A DNA stretch of 64,000 nucleotides from Octopus bimaculoides. Its lineage: Eukaryota. Positions 26,007-38,414 of this stretch are shown here, piece by piece (position 1 is the first letter of the stretch; each line of letters opens with the position of its first letter). The DNA lies in assembly GCF_001194135.2 (NCBI RefSeq), contig NC_068998.1, positions 17,185,082 to 17,249,081 on the forward strand, written 5' to 3'. The translations under genes were made by a program, and so were the position numbers. The notes below the pieces were generated by a model. That model saw only the letters and a list, made by a program, of their open reading frames with translations, did not search any database and was not told where the DNA came from.

Positions 26007-27109
26007 GTTTGGTGATGGAAACAAACAAACAGGAAGTTTCATAAGTGCTAATGCACAAAACTCCTGGCCCTTGAGTTACTTTGTTGCTACTGCTAACTGG
26101 TTTCAAATTTTTTGGCACAAGGCCAGCAATTTCGGGGGAGGGGACAAACCGATTATATTGACCCCAGTCCTCAACTGGTACTTTTTTTACCAATGAAGGA
26201 CGAAAGGCAAAGTTGACCTTGGTGGAATTTGAACTCAGAATGTAAAGACAGGTGGAATACTGCTAAGCATTTTGCCTGGCATGCTAATGATTCTGCCAAC
26301 TCACTGCTTTGCTTCTGGTATATATCAGTACAAACACACACACACAAACACACATTGTGTGTGTGTGTATGTGTTAGTTTGTGTGTACACTTGTCTTGAT
26401 GTCATGCGATGATTGTAAACAAGCATCACCATCATACAAGCGATGTTGTTTGTTCCTAGTCTTCTGAAAACAGGTGAGGGTTGATGACAGGAAGGGCATC
26501 CAGCCATAGAAAATCTGCCTCAACAAGTTCCATCTGATCTGTGCAAGCATGAAAGAGTGGACATTAAATGATGATGGTGATGATGATGATGAAGAGGAGG
26601 ATAAGGATGATGATGATGATGGTTATGTGTGTGTGTGTAATGGATTCTATCCATGACCATCCATCTCATCTTTATATGGGTGTCTAAGAATATGTTATCT
26701 AATGTCTTTTCCTTTATAAAATAGGTATGATTTGAGGGATATTTTGCTGCTATTTATAGCAGGTTGTGTGACCCAGTAGAAACTCTCACATTGGAGTGTT
26801 TGTACCTATGTTATGGAAGTAAATAGATTTAAACATCAAGTGTTTAAATTATTTTTCTCCAAATTTTTTTTTGCACACTTCCATAAATGGATACTTGACT
26901 CTGATCATTTTATGTCTGTATTATAATGTTCAAACTTACAGGAAAGCATTTTCAGTTTCCCTGTGGATGTAAGTATAGCTGAATGGTTAAGAAGTTCACT
27001 TCCCAGTCACAAGTTCAATTCCACAAGTTCAATCCCACAACATTAGCATAGATTTGGATCAACTCATGTCTCCTATGTAAATCCCTTTATTATTTTCCAT
27101 GAAGTATAG

Positions 27110-27520
27110 ATCCTCAATGACTTTTCTCCATCATTCTTGACTCTTGGCTATCTTCCCTGCTTTTCTTCAGTTGGATTCCTTCTTTTTCAGCTCTGCCTAA
27201 GTATCTTCTCTTCTTCCTCCCTTGTGGGTAATGCAGGATGCTGGTTTCTCTGAGCAAAGAAGACCTTCCTCTCCTAGGTCTTGTTGGTTTTGAATTGTCA
27301 TCAAGGCTTCTGTAACTTTGCTTTTTTTCTAGGTAGGAGTGTTGCCTCTATGCAAACCCATTTTAACCTCTGGGAGAGATGGTTCATATTTGTCTGGCCA
27401 CTATCCTTTGATCTGTCCAGCATGGGAGGCCCTATCAGGAGCTTGTACTTCACAGGCAAAGGTCTAAAGATCATTGAGGCCCACAAGTCACCAAATCCAA
27501 AAAAGGATTTGACTTCATAT
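27110..27520 (-). mobile_element. Probable internally deleted RTE (5' UTR-like plus 3' end pieces)
   Basis: Minus strand ends ..TWAELKK..GKIAKSQE*WRKVI, like an RTE C-terminus. The upstream part resembles RTE 5' leaders only loosely. Confidence 0.45.
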
Positions 27521-27659
27521 TGGGTGAATAAAATTGGATTGACAGAGATTGTGTGAAAGACTGTTGGATGCTTACATGTGATTCAAATGGTTGGAATATG
27601 CAACCACTCACATGTTAATTTAACAAGTTTGGTTGAAATAGCTTGAAAGTAACTCAAAG

Positions 27660-28305
27660 GCATACAGACAGGAAATAAGTGCAGAGTAAATCAAAATCAT
27701 AGCCAACAGTAACACAGAATGCACCACAAATGACATCACAGTGAACAGACAAACACTAGAAACTTTCAGCAAATTCAAATACCTTGGAGCTGTGATCACT
27801 GATGAAGGATCCAGGCCAGACTTCTCATAATGGCAACACTTGCAAAATTGAGGTCACTCTGGAAAGATAGGAACATTAGGTTCTGCACAAAAGTCAGACT
27901 GATGCAGTCACTTGTGATTTATATTTTTCTATATGCTTGCAAGACTTGGACATTAACAGCAGAACTGGGAAAAGGTAAGTGCAATGGAGAAGAGAAGCTA
28001 CAGACAGTCCCTAGGTTTCTCATACGAAGAACATATTATGAATAATGAAGTTAAGATGAGCATGATCCAGGCTACTGGACCACACACGGGTCTACTGACA
28101 ATTACAAAGACAAAGCAATTAAAACGGTTATTACTGCTTCACAAGAAGCTCCAGCAGCCAAGTAAAGACAATTCTTCAGGGCATAGTGCAAGGTAAGAGA
28201 AAGCAAAGCAAACTTAAGAAAAGATGGACTTATAACATCAAAGAATGGACAAGCCTCAATATTGTTGACTCACAGACAGCAGCAGAAGTTTGAGAGAAGT
28301 GAAAA
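27660..28305 (+). mobile_element. RTE/BovB-type LINE C-terminal fragment
   Basis: FKYLGAVITDEGSRP, LRSLWKDRNIRFCTKVRLMQSLV..IFLYACKTWTL and KTILQGIVQGKRKQ..KKRWTYNIKEWT. Confidence 0.85.
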
Positions 28306-28510
28306 AAAGAAAAAAAAAAAAACAGCTGGGAATTAGAATTGGTTCATGGCCTCAGTGCACATTGAAAATTTACTACCATTCCTGTGTACAAGAATCCAAA
28401 AACACATACAGCTTTATAATCAAAATAAAAACTTAAACATATATACATACAAACATACATATGTGTATATATATATATGTGTGTGTGTATATATATATAT
28501 GTTTATATCT

Positions 28511-28853
28511 CATCATCATCAACATCATCATCATCATTTAACGTCTGTTTTCCGTGCTGGCATGGGTTGGACGGTTTCACTGAGATATGGAGAGCCAGTG
28601 GCTGCACCAGGCTCCAATCTGGTCTGGCAATGTTTCTACAGCTGGATGCCCTTCCTAACGCCAACCACTCAGAGAATGTAGTGGGTGCTTTTTATGTGCC
28701 ACCGGCACAGGAGCCAGTCAGGCAGGCCTGGCATCGGTCACATTCGGATTGTGCTTTTTATGTGCCATTGGCACAGGGGCAGATCAGTGGGTACTGGCAT
28801 TGGCCATTTTCTGGATGGTGCTTTTTATGTGCTACTGGCATGGGAACCAGTCA

Positions 28854-28855
<2 letters not shown>
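28511..28855 (-). mobile_element. RTE 3' end (family D) with ~66-bp internal tandem units
   Basis: (CAT)n tail, conserved terminal motif, three GGTGCTTTTTA.GTGCCA units. Other D copies: ~11310-11460, 23930-24135, 33010-33270, 38965-39030, 42134-42443 and 59805-60150. Confidence 0.85.
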
Positions 28856-28896
<41 letters not shown>

Positions 28897-29659
28897 NNNN
28901 NNNNNNNNNNNNNNNNNNNNNNNNNNNNNNNNNNNNNNNNNNNNNNNNNNNNNNNNNNNNNNNNNNNNNNNNNNNNNNNNNNNNNNNNNNNNNNNNNNNN
29001 NNNNNNNNNNNNNNNNNNNNNNNNNNNNNNNNNNNNNNNNNNNNNNNNNNNNNNNNNNNNNNNNNNNNNNNNNNNNNNNNNNNNNNNNNNNNNNNNNNNN
29101 NNNNNNNNNNNNNNNNNNNNNNNNNNNNNNNNNNNNNNNNNNNNNNNNNNNNNNNNNNNNNNNNNNNNNNNNNNNNNNNNNNNNNNNNNNNNNNNNNNNN
29201 NNNNNNNNNNNNNNNNNNNNNNNNNNNNNNNNNNNNNNNNNNNNNNNNNNNNNNNNNNNNNNNNNNNNNNNNNNNNNNNNNNNNNNNNNNNNNNNNNNNN
29301 NNNNNNNNNNNNNNNNNNNNNNNNNNNNNNNNNNNNNNNNNNNNNNNNNNNNNNNNNNNNNNNNNNNNNNNNNNNNNNNNNNNNNNNNNNNNNNNNNNNN
29401 NNNNNNNNNNNNNNNNNNNNNNNNNNNNNNNNNNNNNNNNNNNNNNNNNNNNNNNNNNNNNNNNNNNNNNNNNNNNNNNNNNNNNNNNNNNNNNNNNNNN
29501 NNNNNNNNNNNNNNNNNNNNNNNNNNNNNNNNNNNNNNNNNNNNNNNNNNNNNNNNNNNNNNNNNNNNNNNNNNNNNNNNNNNNNNNNNNNNNNNNNNNN
29601 NNNNNNNNNNNNNNNNNNNNNNNNNNNNNNNNNNNNNNNTTCTTCTTCTTCTTCTTCTT

Positions 29660-30300
29660 CTAGCATGGGTTGGACGATTTGACTGAGGACTGGCAAACCA
29701 GATGGCTGCACCAGGCTCCAATCTGATCTGGCAGAGTTTCTACAGCTGGATGCCCTTCCTAACGCCAACCACTCCGAGAGTGTAGTGGATGCTTTTACAT
29801 GCCACCAGCACGAGGGCCAGTCAGGCGGTACTGGCAACAGCCATGCTCAAATGGGTTTTTTTACGTGTCACCTGCACAGGAGCCAGTCCAGTGGCACTAG
29901 CAACGACCTCGCTCGAATGTTCTGTTCATGTACCACCGGCACAAGTGCCGGTAAGGCAATGCTGGTAATGATCACACTCAAATGGTGCTTTTTACATGCC
30001 ACCGGCATGGAAGCCAGACAGCTGCTCAGATGGAGCTATTAGCGCTCCACTGGCACGGGTGCCAGTTATTGAATTTGGTTCAATTTCGATTTCACTTGCC
30101 CCAACAGGTCTTCACAAGCAGAATTTAGTGTCCAATGAAGTAAGGTTGGCATGGGTGCCAGTCGTCGAATTTGGTTCGATTTTGAATTTGATTTCAATTT
30201 CACTTACCTCAACAGGTCTTTGCAAGCAGAGTTTTGTGTCCAAAGAAGGAAGGTACACATAAGTGGGCTGGCTTAGAACCACAAGGCAACGAGTATAGTC
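29660..30300 (-). mobile_element. RTE 3' end (family D) with four ~65-bp and two ~105-bp internal units
   Basis: Conserved D tail at 29660-29790; tandem units at 29787-30030 and ~30045-30260. Confidence 0.85.
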
Positions 30301-30909
30301 GTCACTAAAGTGACAACTATACCTGTATATATATATACATATATATATATACACACACACGACAGGCTCCTTTCAGTTTGTGTCTGCCAAATCTACTCAC
30401 AAGGCTTTGATTGGTCCAAGCCTATAGTAGAAGACACTTACTTGTTCAAGGTGCCATGCTGTGTGACTGAACTCAGAACGAAATGGTTGGAAAGCAAGAT
30501 TCTTAGCACACAGACATGCCAGCATTCTTATATTTTATATTTAGAAAATAATTTCTACTGCTCTGAATAGATCACACTGAAAGCATTATTTCATCACAGA
30601 GCATCATATGAAATGCAACAATACTTTCTGGTGCATTCATTATTGTAAGATAAATTCTTGTATTAGTTTTTTGGTGAAAAATTATTATTCATGATGAAGT
30701 TTCATTGTAGCTAGATCAATTTCTGTTCAAACATCATCCCTGTCATTAACGTCTGTTTATGATTGGAATGGATCAAATAAAAAGCAACAATTGAATTGGT
30801 TTATTAAATATGAATGCAATAATTTAATATTAATATATATGATTTTCTTATATAAACAAATATATATACATTTGCTTAAACATACTCCTAAAAATTGTAA
30901 AAAGTAAAT

Positions 30910-30952
<43 letters not shown>

Positions 30953-31401
30953 AGATAAGGTACAGAAATATATGGTACAGATACACTAAAACCAGAAAGT
31001 GTGATGCATCATAATAATCCATTATAGTCATCCAAGCAAAGCTACTATTATAAAGGTTAGCTAGAAAGGCATGGGTAAACTAATGATTCACAAATATAAT
31101 AACATACAAAATAAAATTTTCCGTAAAGATCATTTAATGTTCATTAAATAACTCTCTGTATGTGTTCTGGATTGATAGGACTTTACCATCAATTCATGAT
31201 GACTTGACCCAAGCAAGAGTAGTGGAAATAAAGCAAAGCGTAACAAATGTGCCAACTTATAAACAAAGTGACAGGAAGAGTGATATGACGCTAGATCAAC
31301 TTTTGATTCACCCTGTCTTAAATAATGTAGACCTGGGTAGTCCTAGAAAAGACAGGATGACTATAGCTTGATTGCCTTTTATTATAGGTCTAGAGAAGGC
31401 A

Positions 31402-31792
31402 TTGCGTGGAGGCGCAATGGCCCAGTGGTTAGGGCAGCAGACTCGCAGCCATAGGATCATGGTTTCGATTCCCAGATCGGGCGTTGTGAGTGTTTATTGA
31501 GCAAAAACACCTAAAGCTCCACGAGGCTCCGACAGGGGATGGTGGCGAACCCTGCTGTACTCTTCCACCACAACTTTCTCTCACTCTTACTTCCTGTTTC
31601 TGTTGTGCCTGTAATTCAAAGGGTCAGCCTTGTTACACTGTGTCACGCTGAATATCCTCGAGAACTACGTTAAGAGTACACGTGTCTGTGGAGTGCTCAG
31701 CCACTTGCACGTTAATTTCATGCGCAGGCTGTTCCGTTGATCGGATCAACTGGAACCCTCGACGTCGTAAGCGATGGAGTGCCGACAACAAC
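31402..31792 (+). mobile_element. SINE family C, full length
   Basis: tRNA-like head GGAGGCGCAATGGCCCAGTGGTTAGGG..GGTTTCGATTCC, (ACA)n tail, exact TSD AGAGAAGGCA at 31392-31401 and 31793-31802. Confidence 0.9.
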
Positions 31793-32779
31793 AGAGAAGG
31801 CAGCAAACTGGCAGAATTGTTTTCTTTTTGAGAAAAATGCACTTTGTTTGTCCTTATATTCTGAGTTCAAATTCAACCAAGGTTAACTTTGCCTTTCATC
31901 CTTTCAGGGTCGATAAAATAAGTACCAGTTGAGTATTGGGGTTGATGTAATTGACTTACCCACTCTCCTGAAATTGCTGGCCTTGTGCCAGAATTTGAAA
32001 CCATTATAGGTCTAGTGGATCAGGATAACAACAATAACAACTCATTTCAGTTGCTTCAACTAGGCTATTCAGAATTATGTGTCTTTACCTCAAACACAGA
32101 ACACTGGTCATTAAAAAACATGGACTAACAAACCTTATTTTCATATTCAAGGTTATTTCTGTAAGGTATTAATCACTACTTCATTCCTTTCTGGAGAATA
32201 AGGTATTGCTTTTGTATTTCAGTTTTGCTAGACTCTTACCAAACTAATTCAGAAGAAAAATAAAAGTAGGAATTTTAAATTACAAGACACTTTGTTCCAC
32301 AACACAAATTTTGTGATCTAGCTGGTTTTGCCTTCATAGTGAAAAGATCACAAAACAAGTTATTTTCCTTGACTTTTGCTAATGAAGAATAAATCCAGAA
32401 ACATTGATGTTTTGTAATGCAATGTAGAAAATAATTTTTCCCAATTCTGATTTTACTTCTTTAAGATTTGTGAAAAATATCTCTTACAAATAAAAACAGA
32501 GAAAGAAAAAAAATTTCTGAAATCATAATTTATTGAAATTGCATAATTTACAATGGCTTGGCATTGTATAAGGATAATCTATTGCAGTGTGCAATCTTTT
32601 GAAAGTCCCTCCTGCTATTTTGTTGTCTGCAGCAAAACAGAAGTAACATAACAATGGTTACTGTAATTTAACAAATGTGTGGTTTGTTTTCAAATATCAT
32701 CACTGAAGTATTTGTTACTGCTTACAACAAAAATTAGAGAGGGTTCAAGTTTCACCTACTGAATCATCAATCAAGTTAA

Positions 32780-33460
32780 TAAACCAATGGAGTATTCTCT
32801 ACTTGAACCAATTAGAGAGGTTCTACAAAAGCCAATAGGTGAGTCTCCATATGATACAACAAAAAATCCTGTGTGAAGAGCTTCTACTTGAGTCAAAGTG
32901 TGAGTTTGCCAGTGTAGGAGTTTCTACATAAGCCAATGAGGAAGTCATTGCATGAGCAAACGTGAGTTTTTATACAACTAAATGAAAAAAAATCTCTACA
33001 TGTATCCAGTCTATGCTGCAAAGTGGTTGTCATAAAAACCATACCAAAACTGACCTCAACTGTGCTCATGCCACATAAAAAGCACTCAGTCTACTCTGCA
33101 GGGGTAGTTGGTGTTAGGAAAGGCATCCAGCTGTAAAAACCATGCCAAAACAGACATAGAAGCCTGGTGTAGTCTTCTGTCTGGCTGGCTCCTGTCAAAC
33201 TGTCCAACTTATGCCAGCATGAAAGACTGACGTTAAATGATGATGATGATGATAATGATGATGATGATGGTGTATCCATCATCATGTTGTACATGAGCCA
33301 ATGATAAAGCGTTTTATATGAACCAATGAGAAAGTTTCAGAAAGTCAATACAGGAGTTTGCACAATGCAACTAAAGAGACTGTGAGCCAATGAGCAGTCT
33401 CTACATGAGCTAATAGGGAAGTCAATATATAAGCCAGTAAAAGAACCTCTACAGGATTGC
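32780..33460 (+). repeat. Degenerate ~22-24-bp minisatellite with CCAAT cores
   Basis: Recurrent (G/A)CCAATGAG..AGTYTCTACA units; CCAAT at 32784, 32808 and 32832 (24-bp spacing). Split by a family D insert and followed by the family F tail. Confidence 0.6.
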
Positions 33461-33660
33461 TCAAACCAAACAAAAGAGACTGTGTTGTCTCTTGATTTCT
33501 TAGAATTAACAGACAAATCTCTCTGAAATCAAATCCATTTGTCTTAAAAAGGCAAATATAAAGGGATTGACACTTTGAGTACCATAAGTCTCACGCATTA
33601 CAACTGATGATAGATCTATTGGATCAGAGCTAACCTAGGATTAAACTACAACTACATCGA
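33430..33660 (+). mobile_element. Interspersed repeat family F
   Basis: GCTAGAAATAGCAGC.AAATCTC..TTTGATCATAG..GGGCTAAACAACAAC motifs recur at ~18310-18505, 22030-22245 (-), 25110-25285, 26640-26790 (-), 31290-31393, 47650-47930, 57830-57915 and 62925-63122. Confidence 0.65.
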
Positions 33661-34154
33661 TGAACTTAACCAACCAGCAAAGGAATTTTTATATAATTGC
33701 TTGACCTGTTCTGTAGTGTCAGAAAGCTTCACATCAAGCACCAGCATATTTAAGTTCTAAATGTTTGAATTGCATGACACGCCTTTATATTACAGATGGA
33801 ATGGAGACAAGGAAAGCATTCCACAGAACTAGGCTTTTATTGAGTACCTCTGTATTGTAAGTCTATGAGATAATGCTGACTATGGTTACTGAACTTAATG
33901 TGAGTAACAAAAATACAACACTCTTATTATATATTTGCTTACACAAACATAAAATGCACACACACACACACAAATATATAATATATACACACAAACATAT
34001 AATGAAAATATATGATATACACACACAATCATATGATTTAAATATATATAATATACATACACAAACGTATACTATAAATACACGCAAACATAACATATAT
34101 ACACAATATTTCATTTTTGTACTTGATTTGATGTGACCTCTTCAATTGAAACAG

Positions 34155-34453
34155 ATTTTGTTGTATACTGGGAGGGCTGTTATGCCAATGATAAACACTA
34201 GCATTGGTTTTATTTCACTTCTTTTATTATTATCAATCAATTAATTAACCATTTAACACGTTAACTAATTGATTGCTTGACTATTTCATTAATTGAGCAA
34301 ATCTGGAGTAGAGAGTGTATGTCATTGATGAGGTCATGAATGGTAACAAAAGGACTTTGACAAATCTAAATGGTTGACTAATAAAAGAAGTGAGATAGAA
34401 CCTGTGCATGTGTTTGTTGTCAGCATAATGACCCTCCCAAGATACAACAAAAT
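34155..34453. mobile_element. Palindromic MITE-like element, copy 2
   Basis: Long inverted termini TTGTAT..TGGGAGGG..TTATGC..TTTCACTTCTTTTATT, homologous to 23507-24213. Confidence 0.7.
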
Positions 34454-36105
34454 AAACACCAAAATATAAGTAAAAATAGACCTAACCTAACGACTAGCAA
34501 CAAGGTTATCCTCAGAGTCTTATATTATCCATAACCATGTTGCCTAAGATACACCAGCACATTAAAGTAAATGAATCTCTGTTGGTTTCAGTGACATGAA
34601 TCCTCAATGTTCCTTAAGGAGTAGACTGAATCTACTGCCTGATTTAAAACCACCTCCTGGTTTTGGGGTGCCTTTAGCAGAAACCCCTATATCACAAGCA
34701 TTTAAGCCAGGTCTCAGTTTGGGGATATCTTTCTCACTCCCAACCCCATAGCAGTGTTGGAGACCCTGAGAAAAGGGTTATGGACACTGCCTGTCTCTCT
34801 TGGATTGAAGATTAAAAAGAAACACCCCAAGCTAGAAGAATCAGTGTGACATAATATGTAACAAGGCTGACTTTTGAGTTGCAGGTACAAACAATCCAGT
34901 GGTCTTTATAGCCCTGCCTGTCTAATCTCACAAGACTTGGGCTGACCTGAGGTTTTAGCAATAAAAAGATACTTGTCTGAGATGCTAAAAAGGTGATATC
35001 CAACCTGGGGCCTTATGATTATGATGCAGATTTCTTAACCATTCAGCCATAATGTAGTCACATGGTTGAATACACACAAAACATGCACACAAAATACACA
35101 CAAAAATATCCATACACAACTACATCCACACAAGCACACGCAAACATACATGTCTGCACTCACTTTCTCTTAATCACACACACTCAAACACACACAAACA
35201 CACGCATGCATGCACATATGCCCATTCATACTCACAAATATAGATCATTTATTTATAAAAGAAAAAGAACAATGATATAAAAGAAGAAACCAATATAAAA
35301 CAACAACAACAACAACAATAACAAAATAAGAGCTGGATCAATAAATAAAAGAAAGAAACCACACTCTGTCGAAATATTGGTTCAAAATATTTTCTCTCTA
35401 CATTTTTTATGAATAAATCTGAAGATAAAACTAAAATATTGAAAACTCAAAAAACATCCAGTATTGAGGTTTATTCATTTTGTCTTGAGAGAGAGAGAGA
35501 AAAAAAAATGTTATCTGAAAAATGGTTTTAAAAACTGTTTTCAATACAACAGTAATTGATTTCTTGTGAAATATTGCTGTTTGTTATTGGATAGCCTTAG
35601 TAAGATCTAAGCTGGCAGGCTTCTGTTTCAAGTGGCAAAATATTACAAATACAACATAGCAGACATTGAAATACAAGGTTTTATATTATTGTCAAATGGT
35701 CGTGTTTTCATAGCTGGAAACCTGTTTTCAGACTATACTATCTAATGTGTCTTTTTTTCATTTTTAAGACTGGAATATAGGCTATGTATGATGTAATGCG
35801 AGTTTAAGGGGATTTGGCTGGTATTTCTAGCAAGTTGAGAAACTGCATGGAAGTCAACTTGTTCGTTTCAAGCAAAGAGCTTCGTACAGAGGCAATCAGA
35901 GTTATGTAACTGTACGCAACATTATAGCTGTTGTAAGTTTTGAACTTAAGGTTATGTTGTCAGTCCTCAAGCACCTAATGTACTTGGTGCTGTTTCTGTT
36001 TAAGACAGATTTGTGAAATGACCAACTAGGTTGTACACACACACACAAACACACACATACATACACACACACACACACACACATGTACAACCCAGACTTA
36101 AAAAC

Positions 36106-36144
<39 letters not shown>

Positions 36145-36167
36145 TAAATATATAAATATATAAATAT

Positions 36168-36832
36168 AGGCGCAGGAGTGGCTGTGTGGTAAGTAGCTTG
36201 CTTNNNNNNNNNNNNNNNNNNNNNNNNNNNNNNNNNNNNNNNNNNNNNNNNNNNNNNNNNNNNNNNNNNNNNNNNNNNNNNNNNNNNNNNNNNNNNNNNN
36301 NNNNNNNNNNNNNNNNNNNNNNNNNNNNNNNNNNNNNNNNNNNNNNNNNNNNNNNNNNNNNNNNNNNNNNNNNNNNNNNNNNNNNNNNNNNNNNNNNNNN
36401 NNNNNNNNNNNNNNNNNNNNNNNNNNNNNNNNNNNNNNNNNNNNNNNNNNNNNNNNNNNNNNNNNNNNNNNNNNNNNNNNNNNNNNNNNNNNNNNNNNNN
36501 NNNNNNNNNNNNNNNNNNNNNNNNNNNNNNNNNNNNNNNNNNNNNNNNNNNNNNNNNNNNNNNNNNNNNNNNNNNNNNNNATATGTATATATATATGTGT
36601 GTGTGTGTGTTTGTGTGTCTGTGTGTTTGTGTGTCTGTGAGTTTGTGTGTCTGTGTTTGTTTCCCTAGCATTGCTTGACAACCGATGCTGGTGTGCTTAT
36701 GTCGGCAAAAGGGACCGATAGAATAAGTACTAGGCTTACAAAGAATAAGTCCCGGGGTCGATTTGCTCGACTAAAGGCGGTGCTCCAGCATGGCCACAGT
36801 CAAATGACTGAAACAGATAAAAGAGTGAAAGA

Positions 36833-36834
<2 letters not shown>
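36168..36834 (+). mobile_element. SINE family B, full length (gap inside)
   Basis: Consensus head GGCGCAGGAGTGGCTGTGTGGTAAG and tail ..GACTGAAACAGATAAAAGAG. Confidence 0.9.
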
Positions 36835-36881
<47 letters not shown>

Positions 36882-36932
36882 AATAGACAGACAGACAGAT
36901 AGGCAAACAGGCAGTCAGACAGATATATAGAT

Positions 36933-37456
36933 CAGAGGCATAGCCAGGTTCTAAAGTTAGGGGGAGTGAGCACATGAAAATGAGGCGCCATTACTCATAC
37001 CAAACAAGTTTTAACTCATTTAACTCCTCTTATATTGTGTAAAATATTTAATTAGTTATAATATATGTAATTGTATTCTACATTCATTAATTTCATGTCT
37101 CAGTAACGTTGTCATTATGCATGAAACTTGCAACTACAGACATAGAAGAGACATGAAAAAGAAGAGGTTATGACGTCAGGGTTTGTTTTAGTTCTTCAGA
37201 TGTCAGCGGCTGCCAACACATCAGAAGAGATTGAGCAGACAGTTCGAAAAAAACAAGGGAGGTTGGTCAAATAAAGTAATGACTCCAGAAAGTTCTACCA
37301 AGGCCATGGAATAAATGAAAAAAAAAGAAGATTCAACTTTTATCACATAAGTGAACTAAAGAGTCAAACAAAATTATTGAAAAGGCGCCATTTTGAAAAT
37401 TGTGCTTCGAGTGAGGAGGGGCTGTTCCCCTTGCTCCTCTATCAGCTATGGTACTG
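36933..37456. mobile_element. Possible hAT/Tip100-like MITE
   Basis: Imperfect termini CAGAGGCATAGCC and GCTATGGTACTG, plus subterminal GGCGCC motifs. An 8-bp TSD is not convincing. Confidence 0.4.
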
Positions 37457-37463
37457 AGATAGG

Positions 37464-37513
<50 letters not shown>

Positions 37514-38114
37514 TACCTACATACATAAATATATAAGACAAGATATAAATAATGGTCATTACATATTTTAACTTTATTAAAGCAAATTTGGCTTACAGTT
37601 GTTTCCAGTAATCATTATAGGTACGTTACTGATAGGTTTACTTAATTGCTCTATTGATCAGCTGAGAAAAATTGAACGATCTAAAAAAAATTAATGCTAC
37701 TTTCGTCAGACCCATTTCTGGTTATNNNNNNNNNNNNNNNNNNNNNNNNNNNNNNNNNNNNNNNNNNNNNNNNNNNNNNNNNNNNNNNNNNNNNNNNNNN
37801 NNNNNNNNNNNNNNNNNNNNNNNNNNNNNNNNNNNNNNNNNNNNNNNNNNNNNNNNNNNNNNNNNNNNNNNNNNNNNNNNNNNNNNNNNNNNNNNNNNNN
37901 NNNNNNNNNNNNNNNNNNNNNNNNNNNNNNNNNNNNNNNNNNNNNNNNNNNNNNNNNNNNNNNNNNNNNNNNNNNNNNNNNNNNNNNNNNNNNNNNNNNN
38001 NNNNNNNNNNNNNNNNNNNNNNNNNNNNNNNNNNNNNNNNNNNNNNNNNNNNNNNNNNNNNNNNNNNNNNNNNNNNNNNNNNNNNNNNNNNNNNNNNNNN
38101 NNNNNNNNNNNNNN

Positions 38115-38414
38115 TAAGTACCATTACAAGCAACACATTTCTGCCAACGAGTTACAAGTTTGTTTATTCCAGTAACATAAAGATCTGGAGTTCTGGAGCT
38201 GATGATCTCTTTGAACGCACTTTCAGCATTGGTTTGATTTTTGAACTTCTCTCACAGGGAACCATCAAGGTGCTTGAAAAAGTGGTAGTCAGTAGGAGAA
38301 AAGTCTGGGGAATAAGCTGGGTGGGGAAGAACTTTGTAGCCAAATTCCCTCAACTTCTAGAGTGTCATTAGTGAAACATGTGGTCGAGTATTGTCATGAA
38401 GAATGATTGGCCCT
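38115..38414 (-). mobile_element. mariner DD34D transposase fragment, cecropia/Hsmar1-like
   Basis: GPIILHDNTRPHVSLMTL*KLREFGYKVLPHPAYSPDFSPTDYHFFKHLDG..GINKLVTRWQKCVACNGTY, with 34 residues between the second and third D. Confidence 0.9.

Noticed and set aside
28685-30030. CRISPR-like repeat/spacer appearance of the ~65-bp units
   Set aside because: The apparent spacers are homologous to each other, the array sits in a LINE UTR, there are no cas genes, and the context is eukaryotic.
31402-31480. tRNA gene (also other SINE heads)
   Set aside because: A/B-box-like motifs are present, but there is no closed cloverleaf and the sequence continues into a SINE body with a TSD.
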